A stretch of 64,000 nt of DNA, taken from Acidimicrobiales bacterium (lineage in GTDB: Bacteria > Actinomycetota > Acidimicrobiia > Acidimicrobiales > Bog-793). Below the pieces are notes generated by a model. It ran no database searches and had not been told where the DNA came from. It saw only the letters and a program-made list of their open reading frames with translations. The position numbers and the translations under genes are program-made. Positions 55,881-64,000 of this stretch are shown here, one piece after another. How positions within the stretch are numbered: position 1 is the stretch's first letter; every line of letters starts with the position of its first letter. The stretch lies in NCBI GenBank assembly GCA_052148655.1, contig JBKQHU010000134.1, forward strand, positions 1,442-65,441, given 5' to 3'.

Positions 55881-56877
55881 CTTCGTCGCCCTCGTCGTTG
55901 GACATGTGGGAGGTGAGCCTTACGTAGGCGTCCTCGAGGGTCATCGCCGCCAGCGCGTACTCCTCGGCGACGCCGGCAGCGGTCATCTCCGCCGCCCATG
56001 CGATGGCGGTGGCGGCGTCGGCTTCGGCGATCGTGGTGACGAGGTTGTTGCCGACGCGCACAGGCGGGCCGGCCCATGAAGGCGGTTCGGGCGTGGCCGT
56101 TCCCGGCGTGAGCATCAGCTGCAGGCGCAGCTGGGAACGGTTGCCCGCCTTCATGGACGACGGCGTTCCCTCGGCGACGAGCCCGCCCTTGTGGATCACC
56201 GCCAGGCGGTCGACCGACTTCTCGGCTTCGAGGACGTTGTGGGTCACGAGCAGGACGGCACACCCATGCGCGCCGAGGGCGCGGATCTCCGCCCACAAAA
56301 GACGCCGGCGCAGAGGGTCGACGTCGTTGGTGGGCTCGTCGAGGATGACCACGCGCCCGGGGCGGACGACGGCCATGCAGAAGCCGACGAGTCGCCTCAC
56401 ACCGCCGGACAAGCTGTGGCCGAGGGCGTTCCTCCACTCCCCGAGATCGAGGGCGTCGATGAGCGATGCCGTACGGGCGGCGACCTCCCTGGAGCCCCCG
56501 CCTCGGATGCGCCCGGCGAGCTCGATCGCCTCGGAGACGTGGAACGACTCGATCGGCATTTGCACCTGCGGCAGGTACGAGCACAGCTGGCGGGCTGCGT
56601 CCGGGTCGGCGACGAGGTCGAAGCTACCGAGGGTGATGCGACCGGAGCTCGGCTTGAGAAGGCCGATCGTCTGCTTGACAAGGGTCGACTTGCCCGCCCC
56701 GTTCGGCCCGAGCAGTCCGTAGACCTCGCCCGGCTCGACGCTGAGGGTGATGGCGTCGTTGGCGACAACCGCGCCGAAGCGCTTCGTGAGACCCTCGACG
56801 CGGAAGGTCCAGTTCTCCGCCGGCCCTGGCGGTGAGGCGAACCGCGGGTGCGATCCGCCAGGCGGGCGCGGGCTCAT
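55873..56877 (-). CDS. ABC transporter ATP-binding protein (DrrA-like)
   Basis: GLLGPNGAGKSTLVKQ, LSGGVRRLVGFCMAVV, VVILDEPTNDVD. ATGA overlap with the upstream GNAT gene. Confidence 0.9.
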   Translation of the reverse strand: MSPRPPGGSHPRFASPPGPAENWTFRVEGLTKRFGAVVANDAITLSVEPGEVYGLLGPNGAGKSTLVKQTIGLLKPSSGRITLGSFDLVADPDAARQLCSYLPQVQMPIESFHVSEAIELAGRIRGGGSREVAARTASLIDALDLGEWRNALGHSLSGGVRRLVGFCMAVVRPGRVVILDEPTNDVDPLRRRLLWAEIRALGAHGCAVLLVTHNVLEAEKSVDRLAVIHKGGLVAEGTPSSMKAGNRSQLRLQLMLTPGTATPEPPSWAGPPVRVGNNLVTTIAEADAATAIAWAAEMTAAGVAEEYALAAMTLEDAYVRLTSHMSNDEGDEGG

Positions 56878-57845
56878 CGCCAGTCGTCGATCACGTAGCA
56901 GTCGCGTCTGTCGTAAGCGGGCTCGTTCGGGCGGTGCATGGCGACTCCTTGGTACGCGGTCCGGAACCCGTTCTCCCGGAGCACGGCGTAGGCCCGCTCA
57001 CGGCCGAAGTTCACCCCGGCGCAGAGAGTCGTGGCCCCCTTGTTGGCGGCGAGGTGGTGGCAGGCGTCGATGAGCCGGCCGAAGCTTTGGGCCGCCCGGG
57101 GACCGGGCCTGGCCGCCCCGAACTTCACGTAACACGTGCCGCTCCCGGCCTCGGTCCCGGGACCGATGTGGCACACCGCCACGGCCTCGAGCCCGGCGTC
57201 GCCGTGGACCAGCACCGTCTCACCGAGCTTCTGGTCGGCCACGGCCTCGAGCTCACGGGTGACCTCGAGGCCTTCGAAGACCGCTGAGGTGAGCTCGCGA
57301 ACCTCACCGGTGGCCCCGGCGCGCTCGGACGGGGCGAGCTCGGAGAACCTGGAGTACGAGCAGGCCCGCGCCGGGGCCAGCACGGGCATCGCCATGGAGG
57401 CGATCAGGTATCTCGGCCAGAACCCGAAGCTCTGGTAGAGGCCGACGTGTTTCGGACTCGCGGCGAAGGTCAACAGCCCCACGTGCCGGGTGCGCCAGGC
57501 GTCGAACCGGGCCATCGTCGGTTCCATCAGCCGCTTGGCCACGCCGCGGTCCCAGTGGTCGGGCCGCACCGTCAAGGGCCCGAGGAACCCGACACTGCCC
57601 CAGTTCGTGAGGAAGCTCGTGCCGACGAGCTCGCCGTCCAGCTCGGCCCCGAAGGCGGCCGTGGGGTCCGCCCGCCAGCGTGTGCGCACGAAGTCGACGT
57701 CCCCGAAGAACTTCTCCGGTTCCGGGTCCTCAAGGAAGGTCCCGAAGGCGGTCCGGAAGATCCGGTCGGCCAGGTCGAGGTCAGGCTCGGTGAGGGGCCG
57801 GACGAATAGGCCGCCGCCCGTGGAGCTTTGCCTCGCGGAGCTCAT
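56874..57845 (-). CDS. GNAT family N-acetyltransferase (two-domain, about 320 aa)
   Basis: FLGPLTVRPDHWDRGVAKRLMEPTMARF (acetyl-CoA binding region). The second half is also GNAT-like (VKFGAARPGPRAAQSFGRLIDACHHLA). Confidence 0.7.
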   Translation of the reverse strand: MSSARQSSTGGGLFVRPLTEPDLDLADRIFRTAFGTFLEDPEPEKFFGDVDFVRTRWRADPTAAFGAELDGELVGTSFLTNWGSVGFLGPLTVRPDHWDRGVAKRLMEPTMARFDAWRTRHVGLLTFAASPKHVGLYQSFGFWPRYLIASMAMPVLAPARACSYSRFSELAPSERAGATGEVRELTSAVFEGLEVTRELEAVADQKLGETVLVHGDAGLEAVAVCHIGPGTEAGSGTCYVKFGAARPGPRAAQSFGRLIDACHHLAANKGATTLCAGVNFGRERAYAVLRENGFRTAYQGVAMHRPNEPAYDRRDCYVIDDWR

Positions 57846-57869
57846 TGCGGGGCTCCGGTTTGTTCCGCC

Positions 57870-58915
57870 TCAATCCAGTCCGGGGACGGGGCTCTGGTCG
57901 GGTGTCGTCCACGAATGCAGCGTCTTCAGGTAGTTGGCGCGTTCGAAGGCACTCGCGTCGAGCGAGGTCGCCTGGGAGACCGAGCCGCGAAGCTGGGCCA
58001 CGGAGGTGTACTCGTGCTCGGCGAGCCATGAGCGCAGCTCGGACTCGACGGCTCTGACATGACCAGGGCCGGCATGGAGGATGGCCGAGGTCATCATGGC
58101 CACGTCGGCGCCCACGGCGAGGATCTTCACGACATCGGACCCGGTGTGGACCCCTGAGGTCGCGGCCAGGAAGACTCCCGCTCCGAGCTGGGGCCGCAAG
58201 ATGGCGATCCAACGCAGGGGGAGGCGCATCTCCCAGGTCCGCGACAGCTCCACCTTCGAGACGACGTCCATCGTCTCGAGGTCCAGATCGGGTTGGTAGA
58301 AGCGGTTGAACAGGACGAGCCCCGAGGCGCCGGCAGCCACGACCCGGGCGGCGAAGCCGGCCATGGCCGAGTAGTACGGGGACAGCTTCACGGCGACCGG
58401 CAGGGACACGCTTGCGCACACCTGGGTCACAAGGGCAAGGTCCGCATCCTCCACCTGCGCCGCGGTCAGGTGCGGGTCGGTGGGGACCCGGTACACGTTC
58501 AGCTCGAGGGCGTCCGCGCCGGCCTCCGCGAGGATCTTGGCGTAGCGCACCCAACCACCACTGGACGAGGCGTTCAGACTGGCGATGACGGGCACGTCCA
58601 CCGCCTTCTTCGTGTCCTCGAGCAGCTCGAGGTAGCGGTCGGCGGCGCTGGTGAAGTTCGTGACGGCGGGGAAGTAGTCGAGTGCCTCCGCAAAATGCTC
58701 ACTTCCGGCTTCGAGGGCGAAGGACAGCCCGACCTCCTCGGCGACGATCTCCTCCTCGAACAACGACGGCAGGACGAGCGCCCCGACCCCCGCATCGGCG
58801 AGGGCCTTGGCGCCCTCGGCGTCACGCGTGAGCGGCCCCGCCGATGCCACGATCGGCGACGACAACCGGAGGCCCAGATAGGTCGTCCTCAGGTCCACGG
58901 AGTCTGGCCCGGTCA

Positions 58916-58916
<1 letters not shown>
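57870..58916 (-). CDS. Dihydroorotate dehydrogenase-like (class 1 DHOD fold) protein, PFOR-associated
   Basis: LRTTYLGLRLSSPIVASAGPLT...LVLPSLFEEEI...VIASLN...ELNVY...PVAVKLSPY...LVLFNRFYQPD...ATSGVH. Its ATG shares one nt with the PFOR stop (TGATG). Confidence 0.8.
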
Positions 58917-62569
<3,653 letters not shown>

Positions 62570-62735
62570 GTTGCCTCCTTGGCTTGTAGGACTGCTGTCC
62601 CCCTTTCTAGCCCAACGGTGAGACGAGGACTGTGGGCCCTTCCGGCTCAAGGACCAACCGGCGGCGGCGTGTGGCCAATCCGCCGGGGGCTAGTTGTGCA
62701 GGCGGTCCCGACGTTGCTGGGCTAAGAAAGGCGGC

Positions 62736-63224
62736 ATGGAAGAACTGAGCCGCGGCCCAGCCCGGGTCGCCGAGGAGCTCGTCCGCATGGGCGTCTCGAA
62801 CACCGTGAGGGAGATGCCCGAGAGCACGAGGTCAGCGGCGGAGGCGGCGGCCGCGTTGGGCTGCGACGTCGCGCAGATAGTGAAGTCACTGATATTCCGC
62901 TCCGTGGCCGACGACGAGGCTCTCTTGGTCATGGTGTCGGGTGCCGACCGCGTCGACGAGTCACGCCTGGCGGGCGTCGTCGGCGGGGAGGTGGAGCGGG
63001 CCTCGGGCCGTTTCGTACGCGACCGAACCGGCTACGCGATCGGTGGCGTCCCGCCCATTTGCCACACCAACGCGGTGACCACCTATCTCGACGAGCACCT
63101 GCTCGACCATGGCGTCGTGTGGGCGGCCGCCGGCACGCCGAGAGCCGTCTTCTCGGTCACACCTGATGACCTCGTCCGGATCACCTCGGCCAAGGTCGTG
63201 GCCGTCTCCGGCGCCGGGGACTGA
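62736..63224 (+). CDS. YbaK/EbsC/ProX-type aminoacyl-tRNA editing domain protein
   Basis: STRSAAEAAAALGCDVAQIVKSLIF...VMVSGADRVD...GYAIGGVPPICH. Confidence 0.8.
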   Translation: MEELSRGPARVAEELVRMGVSNTVREMPESTRSAAEAAAALGCDVAQIVKSLIFRSVADDEALLVMVSGADRVDESRLAGVVGGEVERASGRFVRDRTGYAIGGVPPICHTNAVTTYLDEHLLDHGVVWAAAGTPRAVFSVTPDDLVRITSAKVVAVSGAGD

Positions 63225-63258
63225 GCGGCGGCACCGCAACCGCCCGGCAGCCGAGCTC

Positions 63259-64000
63259 ATGGGACCGGTGCCGGGAGAGATGGCTGGCCCCAGTCGGTAC
63301 GATCCGTCCGTGCCGCAAAGAACGGGTGATGAGCCGCGCGACGCTCGCAACTACGTGCGTGACCCGATCACGTCCTATGACGCCGTTCCGACAGAGGAGC
63401 GCCACGCGGCGCTGCGCAGGGATATACGTCTCGTCGTCTCCCTGCTCGGCGAGGAGCTTGCCCGTGTAGAAGGCCATGAGTTCTTGAACCTCGTCGAACA
63501 AATCCGCGGCGTGGCCAAGCTCGAGTGGTCGGAGGGCGAACCCGCCGGCGGAGGCGGGCTCGCCGAGCAACTTCCGAACATTCCCACAGGTACCGCCCTT
63601 CTCCTCGCCCGCGCCTTCGCCGCCTACTTCCAGCTCGCAAATGTCACCGAGCAGGTGCACCGCGCAGCTGAGCTCGGCCAGGCCCGGCGCGCCGAGCGGA
63701 CCTTCCTGCGCGACACCCTCGACCGGATCGCGGAGCACGGCATCGATCGCGAACGAGTCGGCGCAACCCTCGCCCGCCTCGAGTTCCGTCCCGTGTTCAC
63801 GGCACACCCGACCGAGTCGGCGCGACGTTCGGTCCTGTCGAAGCTCCTCGATGTGGCCCACATAGTCCAAGGCCTCGGCGCCGATCCGACACCGGCGGAG
63901 GCAAGACGGCTCCTTGCCCGGCTTCGCGAGACGATCCTGCTCCTGTGGCAGACGAGCGAACTGCGAGTCGGTCGCCTGCGTCCCGAGGACGAGGCGCAGA
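63259..64000 (+). CDS. ppc: Phosphoenolpyruvate carboxylase (N-terminal part; continues beyond the window)
   Basis: An open frame not listed in the ORF track: ...ALRRDIRLVVSLLGEELARVEG...LLLARAFAAYFQLANVTEQ...EFRPVFTAHPTESARRSVL...LLWQTSELRV. Start is ATG 63259 or ATG 63280. Confidence 0.85.
   Translation, partial: MGPVPGEMAGPSRYDPSVPQRTGDEPRDARNYVRDPITSYDAVPTEERHAALRRDIRLVVSLLGEELARVEGHEFLNLVEQIRGVAKLEWSEGEPAGGGGLAEQLPNIPTGTALLLARAFAAYFQLANVTEQVHRAAELGQARRAERTFLRDTLDRIAEHGIDRERVGATLARLEFRPVFTAHPTESARRSVLSKLLDVAHIVQGLGADPTPAEARRLLARLRETILLLWQTSELRVGRLRPEDEAQ

Noticed and set aside
62570-62735. Rex-type or other redox operator upstream of the PFOR gene
   Set aside because: No TTGTGAA-N-TTCACAA-like dyad is present. 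Only a weak long-range imperfect inverted repeat (TAGCCCAGCAACG / CGTTGGGCTA) was seen, which is not convincing.

Overview
This window looks like a high-GC (roughly 68-70% by eye) actinobacterial-type chromosomal segment with about 55 protein genes, one tRNA and no rRNA, CRISPR array, transposase or integrase. All calls come from reading the translated ORFs and recalling family motifs; no searches were run.

**Layout**
- 1-10.4 kb: a conserved housekeeping block (mfd, a PPIase lipoprotein, a YabN-type methylase-MazG fusion, eno, ftsB-like, DUF501-Ppx). A four-gene XdhC/XdhC/MocA/CoxG molybdenum-cofactor maturation module sits inside it.
- 10.5-16.9 kb: DUF4118 sensor, GNAT, a RipA-like NlpC/P60 hydrolase, an unusual tRNA, a frameshifted hemerythrin gene, a methyltransferase and TauE.
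- 17.0-28.0 kb: a tightly packed minus-strand alpha-glucan operon (glgP, GH57, a single-ORF MalQ-GlgB fusion, second glgP).
- 28-34.8 kb: MacB-type ABC pair, CsoR with its operator, an ArsP-like permease fused to a YHS domain, a small secreted protein with three 21-aa repeats, and lgt.
- 35.4-37.7 kb: a translationally coupled trio of two double-YbjQ-domain paralogs plus an unknown protein.
- 37.7-49 kb: PaiB, DUF1707, tdh-kbl-dtd, a PanE-like reductase, YcaQ/AlkZ, NUDIX, Rsm22-like, MarR-MFS, PPK2 and an F420-type oxidoreductase.
- 49-64 kb: a six-repeat DUF5666 secreted protein, two ABC-2 exporter sets, a doubly frameshifted proline iminopeptidase, a GNAT, a PFOR plus DHOD-like pair, YbaK, and the 5' part of ppc.

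**Most notable observations**
- The MalQ-GlgB fusion.
- A well-formed class I tRNA with a UAA anticodon.
- A degenerate copy of that tRNA's 3' half 21.5 kb downstream, which could be an old island scar.
- The double-YbjQ operon.
- The CsoR-controlled permease-YHS, with the Trp/Pro/His repeat protein encoded just downstream of it.

High GC content creates many long spurious antisense ORFs, which were rejected.
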